Assembly: GCA_964035545.1 (NCBI GenBank)
Contig: OZ037769.1
Span: forward strand, 6,429,929 to 6,493,928
DNA: 64,000 bases
Origin: Bugula neritina
Lineage: Eukaryota > Animalia > Bryozoa
Direction: 5' to 3'
The translations under genes and the position numbers were made by a program. Under the pieces are notes generated by a model. The model searched no databases. It saw only the letters and a list, made by a program, of their open reading frames with translations, and was not told the origin of the DNA. Shown in pieces: positions 11,791-24,800 of the stretch. The first letter of the stretch is position 1. Every line of letters starts with the position of its first letter.

Positions 11791-14065
11791 AGCCCTGTTT
11801 TAATAAATTAACCACTGAAGTAGAAGTAACGTTTTTCCCAGTTCATTGATTTCTGCGTAGTTATCTTCTATGAGTAATTAAAAGCATACGCTATTTCATA
11901 TATAACTGCAACCCTATTGTAAAATATTATACAGAAAAGATAACTCTATATTGAAATTGCAAGCATCATAGTCTCCGTAAAGCTATTTTATAAAATCATT
12001 GACTATTAAAATATATCATTGGGTAACTATAACATTAACATCTCCCTATAATTAAATGTTGCGTCATTCCATATTAAGCTACTAGATTCACTGCATGTCA
12101 CATTTAGCTGCAAATTGCACCAGTGCAGAGATATAATTTTTTTTTATATGTACAGTTGCTGTTGGTTAAGAGTGATCAACCACGGTTTATAAGTACTACT
12201 ACTACTAGTAGTACCTGTACTATCTGTGTAAGTATTGCATCGGTATGTTACTGTTAACTCTAACTGTCGAGTGTTAGGTTTTCGTAATGCGGTAATCATT
12301 ATCATAATGATAATGTAAATCATAATGTTAAACTTGAAGTTGAAGTAAAACTAAAAATGATAATCATAATCCAAATCGTAATAATAATGAATATGATGGT
12401 CATAACGATAATATTAAATTTAATATAGTTGAACTTGATACTGATACTAATGTAATAGTAATAGACAATAGTAATACTAATAGTAATACTAAGAGTAAGT
12501 CTAATAGTATTGCCTATTGGGTATTACTATTAGTATTACTATTACTATTAGTATTAGTATAAGTATTAGTAGAAGATTAAAGTTAGGATCAGCATTACAC
12601 TAATCAGCTCTGCTGCATCTTGATCTGCTTTTTGTTCTTGCCCTAAACTTAAAAGCTAAAAGTAAAAAAAGATGTGTAAGAAAAAGATAAAACTCACAGT
12701 CACTCCAACTTAAATTGAGAATCTAACTAAAATGAAAGGAACACGTTTGGAAAATATCTTACTATAAATATCTTATTAACTTTAATAGCTTCCAAATTGA
12801 AATGAATCTGATTTCAAAGTGAGTGAATATCATGAGCGTCATGTTTGCTTTAGATCTTAAGGGAGCCCACCGAGTCACCTTGAACTTTTCCACATAATAT
12901 AATCTATATAGTGCTATACTGTAGTTAATATCTATAGTTTCTAATATTGGATCATATGCACATAATACAGTAGACCATTACTATATGTATAAACTAAAAT
13001 TTGCCACTACGACAAATCTTGACTTCCTTTCCATGTTTCTTATTTTAGAACTTTATCAGAGGTCAGAGTAACAGTGAATTGGGATTGATCTGAAAAGCTG
13101 TTTTAAAATTGTTTGTGATCGTGATCATCATCTTGATTTATGTCACATTTAAACCCGGAGTTGCTCTCAGGACCTAACACGCAGTGTGTCACAAGTGGAG
13201 TAAAAGCTTTACTACTACACTGAATCTGAATCAAATGAACAAAACTGAATCTCAACGTCCCGGTACTCTAGAACTAGTGTTTGAACACTAGTCCATTTTG
13301 ATATTGAGACTTCTGTCAAAAGTAGTTCTAGCAATAACTGTAAGTAAATAATTAAATGCTCATTTTATTCTGAATATCACTATTGATGAGTAAATTGATG
13401 AATCATTAAATGGCAATTTTCATTGGTATTGTGATTATAGATTTATCATAAACATATAGTTATAGATAGATTAGTTCAATAAACAGAAATCACTAAAAGT
13501 AAGTAAGTCTAAAGATGCTGTTGCTACTACAAAGTAAAAATTGCACTACAAGTTGTTGCTCCCTGTGAACTATAACTAGAACATACACAGCACTTGTAAC
13601 ACTGATTACACTGGTAAGCACAGTTATTAGAATTCTAATCTGCTAGCAACTTGTAAACCTTTTACAGAAATTTAGTGAACCGGGGATTGTTTATTGTGAA
13701 TAATTAGTTGTTTGAGTCATTGAGAAAAATCTAGTGTTATAGCATGTTTCCTTGATGGGATCAACTGTGCATTGAAAAATAGTCTGTGATTGTTTGCAAA
13801 ACTTATATTTTGCTCCTGTAGGGAATGAGATCTTGATATGAACTACAAGTCCTAGATAAGCAAAACTTGCAAGTCATAAAAGCTTGTAACTGTCATACTT
13901 TTACAACTGCCTTCTTAAACTTCAATGGTTGAAGATGACTGAAACTTTTTGCTTATTACTTCAGGGTTCCAATCAAATGGGAAGGGGTTGTTTGCATTAT
14001 CCAAGTAGCAGAAGGGTAACCTAGCTAATGAATGTTCCTAATATCTTATTCCTCTCCAATTATAG

Positions 14066-15147
14066 ATTTACGAAATGAAGCGCTCGTGGCGAAGCAGTCA
14101 GCACAGTGGTTCTAGTGAACCAGAGCGATATCTTCTGAAAGATATTATCAATGGAGCTGAGATTTTCAAAGAGATGGAAAACTGTCACCAGCAACTACTA
14201 GTCCAGCTGCAAGCATTCATCAATAAAAGAGTTCCATGGAAACTGTGGACTGTGGGAGAAGTAGTGGATATGTGGCATAAAGTGATTAACAATAAACCTA
14301 TAGACTACGTAGTGCACAAATATGCAGGAGGTAAGGGTACATTTTTTATAGAGCAGGGCAGTAACTTTTCAACAAGTGGACGAAAATCTTTAGTTCACTT
14401 GATGCTAAAAGGAAACTTAGGGGATTTAGTTTTACATAGAATTTTCTTACAAAACGTCTGGGAAGCAACATTTCTGCTGGCTATGGTAACTGCAATTGAG
14501 TTGTTCTTTTTAATAACTAGGAAACTAGTTATGCAATTTTCTACAATTCATTTAACATGTGTCTATTATAGCTATTCATGCTCTCTTTATGTCTTAAATA
14601 TATTATTTTAAATAAAATGTTGCATCTAGTGCACTTGAAATTATGCAAAAATTGGAATCTGTGATCACCTAAAACTTAGTCAATTGTGGCTGGTGAAAAA
14701 ATCTATTAAAATGTTGGCTAGTTTTTGTGTGGAAATGTTGCTCATTTCATTATTTTTACTTCCCCACAGGATTCAAAGTTCCTTCAGTGTCATTAACACA
14801 GACTACTACTCTCAGTTCAGTCATGCCCTCTACTTCAAACTGTCCATACTGGGGAGATTTCACAGGTGCTGGTGCACCAGCCGCTAAGAGAAAACGGCCG
14901 GAACACAATTTCTCTGTAGAAGCCGAGAACCTGCACACAGATGCAGTAGTTGTAACTCCAGCTAAACGTTCCTGTAAGCACCATATTTAATGATATTGCT
15001 ATTTTATTTGCTATAAGCTTTGTTGAAGAAATAAATATAATTTTAATGGTGAATAAAACTGGTGTACTTGCAGCTGGCTCCAGACATGCTGCCCCAACTC
15101 TAACTGCTGTTACTGATATGGATCTGGAAACCGAATCCCATCTGTAA
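14066..15147 (+). CDS. Small spliced protein of unknown function (~180-195 aa); exons 14066-14330, 14770-14973, 15074-15147, possibly an upstream exon 13977-14015
   Basis: Good GT-AG sites and consistent phases: IYEMKRSW...VHKYAG|GFKVPSV...PAAKRKRP...VTPAKRS|SGSRHAAPTLTAVTDMDLETESHL*. NLS-like AKRKRP. No family recognised, and the start codon is uncertain (14075 or 13977). Confidence 0.6.
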
Positions 15148-15898
15148 GAATGCCAAAGAAGGAAATTTGAGAACTTAACTTTTCTGTTCTTTAATCATGT
15201 TCATTCTCCTGTGTATACTTGTAATATATTGTAAATATTATTTATAAGAGTTTCTCTGCTGTAAATATGTTAAAATCTCATGTCGTTTCCTGCTATTATA
15301 TTTTGCTGCAATCTTGTTCATTACAATTGTGCAGTTGGCCTATTAGATAACCTGTTATAATTATTTATATATATAGGGTCAAGAAATTGTTTAGTGCTTG
15401 TGATAATCTGTTACTTTCTCATGTGCAAAGATAATGTTCTATCAACTTTAGGAGTTTTTTCTCTTAATTCATTTTTAGTCTCGATTTTATTTTAAAACAT
15501 TTTTGTTATATAAATCTTTAGCGGCAAATACTACTGACGCATCAAATATACACCTAGTAATGCTGTAGCATAGCAAGATGCATTGCAGTATTAACTACCA
15601 AGTCTTTTTCCAGTGTATGAAAGTTAATCAATAAGTAGATGAAGTAGCATTGGACAGATACTGTATGCTTATTTATTGTATAAAATAAATGTAAGAGTAA
15701 TATTAGTTTACTTCTGTATTTTATAACCATAGTATTGTACTTCTACTCTTTCAAACTCAGGAACTGTTAGAATTAGTTTCCTATTACAAAACAGGAATAA
15801 TCATTTTAAAATAAGAACAAGATTTGAACTATAATTCCTTTAAACCAGTACAGAGCACATCGATATTGCACACATGTTGACTGAGGATACTAACTGGT

Positions 15899-18800
15899 TT
15901 ATTCTACTGTCAGTTTAATTTTAATATTTACTGCTGCCAGTTCTGCTGCCAAATATCTGAAGCTGAAAGGAACGTCAATGTGAGAAATATGGTCGGCAGA
16001 GTCACAAACTGAGCAGTGCCAGCGTTTCCTGCCAACTTGTTCAGTGGTAGCTGATGTATTGGCAGTACTTCCTGCGAGGTGTGGAGACAGCAAGCTGCCA
16101 CACTTTCGACATATCGGTGCCTACAACACACAGTATAAATGGAGCAGGCATAATGATTTATGTTTGCTTGGTATTTGATGCTTCCAGTCGTCATAGCACA
16201 CTACGTAAATTACTCGTTACATAATTTTGTACATAAACCATCAATTATCCACTTTATATAACTAATGGCTGAAAAGTTTTTACACAAATTTGATTAAATA
16301 TAATTTTATCGATTCAGAGATGAACAGACTAAGAAAATCTAATGTTAAATTCATTCCGACAAACTTTAGAGCACAACTGTATATTTCTTTAAATGAGATG
16401 CTGTGAATATCCTTTGGCTACTGACTGCAAAACCTAGTCACAACACAAAACAATAGATGATTCACCTTGCTCAAGTCGGAGCAGGTCTGAAGACGGTCTT
16501 GCAGGAGGAAAGCAGATCCATGTGATAGAAGTCCATCTCTCTCCATTTCACCGAATCGCACACCACCACCTTTAGCTCTGCCCTTCACCGGCTGCCTAGT
16601 GAGAGGGTCCCTGGCTCCAGTAGTACGCACCTGAGTTGTGATAATTTATTGCTCATTTGTTAATTTAGTAAAATGGTGATAAGATGTCTTGAGCTAAATG
16701 ATTGGATGATAATGATCAGCCTTGATGAAATTATCTATGAACAGCACGCTGAAGAATCTTGCAGAATAGCTAGCATTAATCTAGAGAAAGATATCTGTTT
16801 GGTTTCAGAACAACTCAAGTCCTAAGAGATGATTAAATATGAGAAGTAATCTTTCTTTCAAATATATACAGCCCCTCCTCCAGTGAAGGGCAGCCCTAAC
16901 ACTAAACTAAAAACGCCAACACCACTACAGCAGTTTAATAGTCCAGAGATGCAGTGCACACAACACAGATTTTTGAGTTTAACTTCATAAAACTCAAAAC
17001 TGCCCATCATTTGCAGAAATAATTCAAAACTACATTCGACCACTGGGTTTATTTAAAACTTGGCAACATTTGACTTGTGTGTTCGAGAAGTTTCACGGAG
17101 CACAGACCATACCAAACTCTCACAATTCAGAAAGTATTAGCTTTAGAACCTTACTTGGAACTTGTCCGAGACCATGTGACGGAGTCTCTGGTAATAGACA
17201 ACGCCCATAAATATGTCTGCTTCCATCTCTAGCCCAGTCTCACCAGAATACAGCCGCTCAGTGCCATAATAATTGTATCCAGCTGAATAAGAATGTTAAC
17301 AGCAAAGTTTTATACGTTGAGAATGCAAAAATAATTTGCAAGGTCAAACAATCATATAACTTCAAGTCTGGGAAAGAGTCACTGTTTAGTAGAATTCTTA
17401 GAGCCAAAACTTAGCAACACTGAGTGAATATCTAGTAATTCAGCAACAAGTGAATGGAAATTCAATTGCATGCACCTGCATGAATGTGTGTGCATAGGGC
17501 TTTAGGGAAGCACTAATAAAACTTAGTCACTCAAAATGATCTGACTTGAAGGTTATATATGAATGCCAAGTACCTGCAAACTTTAAATGATTCTCACTAA
17601 AGAGATATAAACTATTTTTGTCCATCAAGATTAAAATAAAGTGTCAAAAGCATTCTTAATTATGAAGGAAACTCTTTAACCATTCACGCATTAAAAACAC
17701 AAAAATCAACACACAGTGTAGGCTTCACATTCATAGTAGGCTATCAACTTCTAGTGAATCAATATGAGATCTGCAGTTTATTGAGAGAAGACAACTACCA
17801 ACTAAAAACTATAAATTTTACAGCCTATATGAGAAACAGCATTGAGTTATTGTCATCACAAAATGGAGTTACACTAATATCTGTTGTGGTATAACAGACT
17901 AAGCCAAACATGTTCTACTAGTAAAATGTCCTACAAGACAGAATGTGTTCCTGAATAGAACACAAGTAAAGTTTCAGAACTAATAGCAAAACAAGGACAG
18001 TTGGTATAGTAATAATATGATTCAAATTTTGAATAAACTTCAAGAAAGCTTGCTGCGAAGGTCATTTAATTGTCCAAGTTGTGCCCTAGCAATTTAATTT
18101 TCTATCTTATAGTTTTACATTAGCATTCACAATTAACACTTTTGATATTTTCAAAAATTACTGCTGATGAATCAATAAAAAATTTCCATTCGCAACAGAC
18201 GTATTGCAGGTATGCAGCTAAGATAATTTGTCAAATGTGATAAAACTTTTCTGAGACTAGTAACTTTCTGTGCGGATGTGGTAGAGCCTACAAGTATTTA
18301 TTGTTGCACATGAAGTAGCAAGTAGATAAACTGACAAACTTGTTACTGTAGGTTATACCTTTGAGCAGAGTTTTGCCGAAAAAGTCAACAGCCGAATCCT
18401 TCTCTGAGAAAGTGAACGGAGTGGCGTCAAAGGGAATCCCGTGACAGGCGGAGGATTTGCCAGCCATGGTCTCCACCATCATACCTGTAAGGAGTTGTGT
18501 GACAAAAATAACATAATAAATACCTTTATAATATGTCAGCTTGAACAATGAAGGATTATAACAACGTAGATATCTGCTGTGATAAAAGTAGTTGTTGGAG
18601 TTTAATTTACCTCCAGTGAAACCAAACTGTTGCAAGAGCAAATAACTTCTCAAAACAATCAAAAATCAGAAAAGTTAATTTGTCCCAACATACCAAATCA
18701 TTCATCAATATGTTAAATGGCATATTAGTAATGGCTACACTCTCCATGTACACAACAGTTTCTAAGTGCATAGTGTATATATTGTACATAAAAAGAGGAG

Positions 18801-21800
18801 TTATCCACTCTTGGCGCCTATTTGATACATGTGACACTCTCTATTATATCCTATCAGAAGGCATCTGACTACTTCTGCTGCTACTACCACTACCCCTACC
18901 CCTACCGCTACCCCTACCACTACCACTACCCCTACCCCTACCGCTACCCCTACCACTACCCCTACCACTACCCCTACCCCTACCACTACCCCTACCACTA
19001 CCCCTACCACTACCCCTACCACTACCACTACCACTACCCCTACCACTACCACTACCGCTACCCCTACCACTACCACTACCGCTGCCACTACTTCTGCTGC
19101 TACTACCCCTACCACTACCCCTACCACTACCCCTACCACTACCCCTACCACTACCACTACCACTACCCCTACCACTACCACTACCGCTACCCCTACCACT
19201 ACCACTACCGCTGCCACTACTTCTGCTGCTACTACCCCTACCACTACCCCTACCACTACCCCTACCACTACCACTACCCCTACCCCTACCACTACCGCTG
19301 CCACTACTACCACTACCCCTACCACTACCACTACCGCTACCCCTACCACTACCACTACCGCTGCCACTACTTCTGCTGCTACTACCCCTACCACTACCCC
19401 TACCACTACCCCTACCCCTACCACTACCACTACCACTACCCCTACCCCTACCACTACCGCTGCCACTACTACCACTGCTACTACTGTAGAAATTATTTTA
19501 GAAATTTTCATATGACATGTGAAAAAAATTCAAAGATCAACTTTTTGCCCCCCAGTGCATATTTCAGACAATGTACTGCTAAGCAACGTCAGTTGTGAAC
19601 TATTGACATAGTCATAAGCTGTAGGAGCTTAGAGTATAAAAAAAATGTTATTTTTGTTTGCCCAGAGTTTAAAACTGAATTAAAGGTAAATACCTATAGT
19701 CATACGAGAAGGGTAGCCATGAGGGTTGAACAAGATATCAGGAGTGATTCCAGATTCTGAAAAAGGCATGTCAGCAACTGGCCACAACTGACTGCAGATT
19801 CCCTTTTGCCCGGCTCTACTTGCAAATTTATCACCAATAATGGGATTTCTCTGCAACACAATATTGGAACCTTCCAGAACCAAGTATTATAGATCACAGA
19901 GATGATGGTGTATGCAGGTCATTCATTTACCTAACTCGGCATCTTCCAACACACTCTGCACGCATTTCACCAACAGTAACAGACATCAAATACCCCACTA
20001 TCATTAATAAAACTAGTGAATAGTTTAAACAAGGAGTTGTTTGCTTAAATATAATGGTGATTCTAAAAAATCCCATGAGAACATGCTAGCTAAGTAATTT
20101 AGTTACACATAGAGTTACAGAGTTACACATACGAACTACAGAAGGCTATCTCAGTAGCGGGACTATTAGCTTACAACTAAGAGTTACAGAGTTACACTAT
20201 CTCAGTAGCGGGACTATTAGCTTACAACTAAGAGTTACAGAGTTACACTATCTCAGTAGCGGGACTATTAGCTTACAACTAAGAGTTACAGAGTTACACT
20301 ATCTCAGTAGCGGGACTATTAGCTTACAACTAAGAGTTACAGAGTTACACTATCTCAGTAGCGGGACTATTAGCTTACAACTAAGAGTTACAGAGTTACA
20401 CTATCTCAGTAGCGGGACTATTAGCTTACAACTAAGAGTTACAGAGTTACACTATCTCAGTAACAGGACTGTTAGCTTACAACTAAGAGTTACAGAGTTA
20501 CACTATCTCAGTAACTGGACTATTAGCTTACAACTATTCGATAAGTAATGGAAATCTTTGTCAACTTCTGGTCTCCATTTTCATGTCCTAAAAGTTTTAC
20601 CGTATCCACATAGGCTGGTTCATCATTCTTGTACTTCTCTACCCATAGCTGTCCAGTTAGCAGGTTGCAGTAACTGAAACAGCAATATCAATAAGAAACC
20701 ATAAAAATGAGGATGCTTTATTAACTGATATAACATTTCGTTAGTTCACAAAGTTTTACAGTGGCTAGAAAATTGCAGATTCTATTCTAACAAAAAATAC
20801 GTTTAAAGTTCTATTTATTATCCTATGTTCTCATGCATATTAAACAGCTCATTGCATACCATCAGCTGAGTAACGTAAACAAATAAGATCATTTATCAAA
20901 CCGGTGACATCACCTGTCACATAGTCTATCACCAGACACAACAGATGCGTGACATACTATATTTCCTAATTACACAAGAGAGAACACAACTCCACTGTAT
21001 CTGCAGCACCTGTACAGAGGGCATCCAGACTCTAGATATACACCGACATGAGGCAGGCCGTCTTCACCGATATATTTATTCATTTCATCATCAGCTGACG
21101 TGCTGCCGTTGATAAACACGACAGAGTTAGCACTAAGCTTGTCCGTCTTTTCAAGCAGGTCAACCACCTGTAGAACATCGCGTCACTTGCCAACCATTCA
21201 TCAATGTCAAGTCGTGATTAATTTGCATAATTTATTCAAAAGCACAAACTTCTGACAAAAAATGTAGTAATATTTTTACAGATTATTATCGAAAATTATC
21301 AATAATAGCAAATGATTCACTTTTCCTAAACTTTAAAAACAACCTTAAATACTGGATACAACTAATTTTAAAACAAATTCACAATTTTAAAATAATTACA
21401 AGTTGCTAGGCAACTCCTGTCACTGTAATCATGTTGGCGGTGGACAGAGAAGACCATACAGTAGACAGAACCTACCTCTGTTTTTAGAACTGAGCCATGA
21501 GCAAACCCTCGCTGAAATGAGCCCTTATTCAGGATAAAGGCATCTTCCATGTCATAACCCTTGTAAAAATATGGGAGACATTAACTTCAATATGTATAAT
21601 AATTTTATTTGTTGCTTCAACTTATTTAGGTTCATTCGTCAACACTTTATCAGTTTTAGGTAAAAATGAATATAATATATCAGCAGTAAAATTTATATAT
21701 GCATCAATTTCATTTGTTGCTTCAAACTACAGAAAACTAAATTACAGGCCGTAAAATCATAAAGAGTGAAATACTTGTAAATGAAAAGAGAATTATTTGA

Positions 21801-24800
21801 AATAATTTTAAGAAAGTCATCAAGGAAGCCAGAAAAGAAAAACACAGACCTTATAATATATTTTTAAACAAATAAAATTTTGCCAGAAAAGACTAGTCTG
21901 TAAAAAATAACTCTGACTTCTACGATTTTCAAACCAAAAATATGTTATTTACGTTACTTAAAACTGATGTACACCACATAATATACTGTTGGCATACGAT
22001 ATTCAATATTGAGTTCGTTTTTTCTAGTAAACAGACCAGCTACAACACTAATCTATGTATACAACACACTGGACAGATACTAAACACAGCAAGCAACATG
22101 AGAACCGCACATGACTCATACCGTATGGGATATGACCGCCACTATAGCATTAGTGCCAAGAGGGTACTCATCAATGGCGTACTGGTCGTGGGCCTGAGGC
22201 CGAACCAGAGGGCTCTGTGGTGTGCGGATTCGGTAGAGTTTGTTATCAGATCGGTACTGATAAGCATACATTGGTGTCCCCATGGTTTGCTTTCCCATCT
22301 AGAATATACAATTGAGTTGCGGTGAAGGCAAGCATACATTACAGTAGTAGAGGCAGGCATACATTGCAGGGGTGGAGGCAGGCATACATTACAGGGGTGG
22401 AGGCAGGCATACATTACAGGGGTGGAGGCAGGCATAAATTGCAGGAGTAGACAAGTCTTTCTTTAGTTGCAAGTGCAAACACTTGACCGATAATTGGAAC
22501 AGCAAAAACTTGCTTTGCCTTCAACACTTTCCAGAAATAAAAGTGAACTATTTTTTTAGATAATAAAAAAGATGATGTAAATACGCTTCAAAGATTTGAG
22601 TCAAGTAAAAATACATGGTTATGTGAAAATATATATTATCATTTCTACATGTTCAGCATTCAAAGCATGAATAGGGAGTATCTTGAATTGACACAACATG
22701 GTATTATCATTTCGCCATATGCAGCCGCTAAAGCAGTGCACCCAAGCTTGACAAGGTTTTAGAATCATCCAACTGGATGTCTTGCTAGAGAGCGAATAAC
22801 ATTACCCATAACACAATATAATACAGGTGGAGGGTTTTGGATTTTTTAGTGAACCGTAGCTATTTGGAGCAGAGACAGAATACGTTGGTGTTCTGTTAAC
22901 AGGATTCTGTACTGGAATTTTAATCTGATAAATAATTTTGCTGGCCATACCATTAAACGACTGACAATTTTAAGAATAACAACTTACAGATAAAACAATA
23001 ATCAAATATTATAAAATTATGTGAAAATATGAATATATCCAAGTAATTACCTACTGCATGAAACACACAGCTGGCCAGGGATGAGGTTTATGGAAAACAA
23101 TCAAGCAACAAGGAAGGCTAGAACTGATATCAGATGAGCCATAACAGGCGCTTTCTAGATTTAGAATTATTTTCATTGCTGACTGGTGGGATTCAGACAG
23201 CAAAATGGCTCATGTTGCAACATAATATTATTAATTATGATTGTTATAATCAACTTTAACTAATAATGACTTGCTATGAATTAGTGCTGGGACAGTAATG
23301 AAGCATGCTACTATTACATAATACACAGACTAATGATGCTTTCACTTTCCCACCATTTCCTGTCTTCAATCAGTATGTCATTCGAAGATGAAAAAAAACA
23401 AATTAAAATGTAAACACGGCAGCCTATGACCTCAAAAAGGTCAGCAATAACCGTGAAACATGTGACGTTATCGACTTAATTCTTGCAAATTATAAATATA
23501 ACACAATGCCAAAATTTTGTTAAATAATTTCCTCAACTCAACTTTGGCATAAAGTCTCAAGCAAATCAGGCGAAGCCAAACCTGTCTAGAAGAACTTGGT
23601 TGACACACATTCAGCTCAACATATGAACTAGTAAACTGAACAGACTGAGAAATCACTCACCCAAGTCACAAAACTGGCATTCAAGGACATCTCCAAGTGA
23701 TGTGTGGAATCTCAATCAAATAGAATAGGCTAGTTTATTTGTTTTCATTAAATATTTAAAATTAATTAAAATTTCAAAAACATTTAAACCAAAGAAAACC
23801 AGCTATTTGATTAAGTAAGGTTACTCAAGTCTAATAAATTTAAGCATAAAATGACTTGTTTGACTTAGTCTAGTGACTTAGCCCTGTGACTTAGTTCTTA
23901 GGCTTAGCCCCAGGTACCGTTGGCCCCTTACCTGACACTGGTACATATTTCGAGGACTCTGGTTGAAGTCGGAAAAAGGCGTAAGACCGGCGACATAGCT
24001 GAGCATGCTCGTTGGACTACACTCTATGTGTGTGGTGATTGGCTGAGTATCATCTCCTTTCACAATCTCGCTGCTCCTCACCGCTATATCCATATACACT
24101 TGCTCGAAACTACCTGCAGAACAGCCGACAGGAAGTTAATTATTAGGACAGAGTAGGCGATGGGAGATAACTCTTGGAAACAAACAAATCTGAAGTTCAA
24201 ATACACATGCAGCTTGCTTATGGAACAGACATAGCCTTAGCGCTCGAAGCGCAGGGGGTATAGCTATACCCCCTGCGCTTCGAGCGCTAAGGGTATAGCT
24301 CCCACATGGGTCCTCAATGGTAAACATAGGGCACCTACCCACAACAGCTGCTAATATGCTACATTTATTCATTGGGGGTGCATTTAGCACTGTTCAAGTC
24401 AACAGTCCTGGTAAATGGTTGCTCAACAGAATGTTTTTTTAGAAAACTCAGAAATTTTAGATGAGCAGTTTATAGTCAATAGCAATAGCAATAAACAAAC
24501 CAATCAAATTTATTGCCCACGTGATGGAGTCGTGATTTAAGAGAACCCAAAGTGAAGAAACAGGTGAAGAAACTTACCAATCCACTCGGTAGCGCCGTAT
24601 TTCAAATTGACCACAGGCCTCATCATCCTGCCAACACTGGTAAACAGATACACACCCGGATATTGACTCGGCTGGCTCGTCCTAGGAACTGCAGCTATTT
24701 CCAGGAAAGGTGTTATCTACAGAAAACACAACGACCTCTTCACACAGAGCTGCCACAAATGTACTCAATCAAGAGCGCTGCCATCAGTGTTATAGTGTTA

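Noticed and set aside
18866-19486. Interstitial telomere
   Set aside because: Units are TAGGGG/TAGTGG mosaics, not TTAGGG or TTAGG arrays.
18801-19598. 236-aa Val/Gly-rich and 258-aa Tyr/His/Pro-rich ORFs
   Set aside because: Stop-free frames produced by a hexamer satellite inside a POLR1B intron; no independent gene signals.
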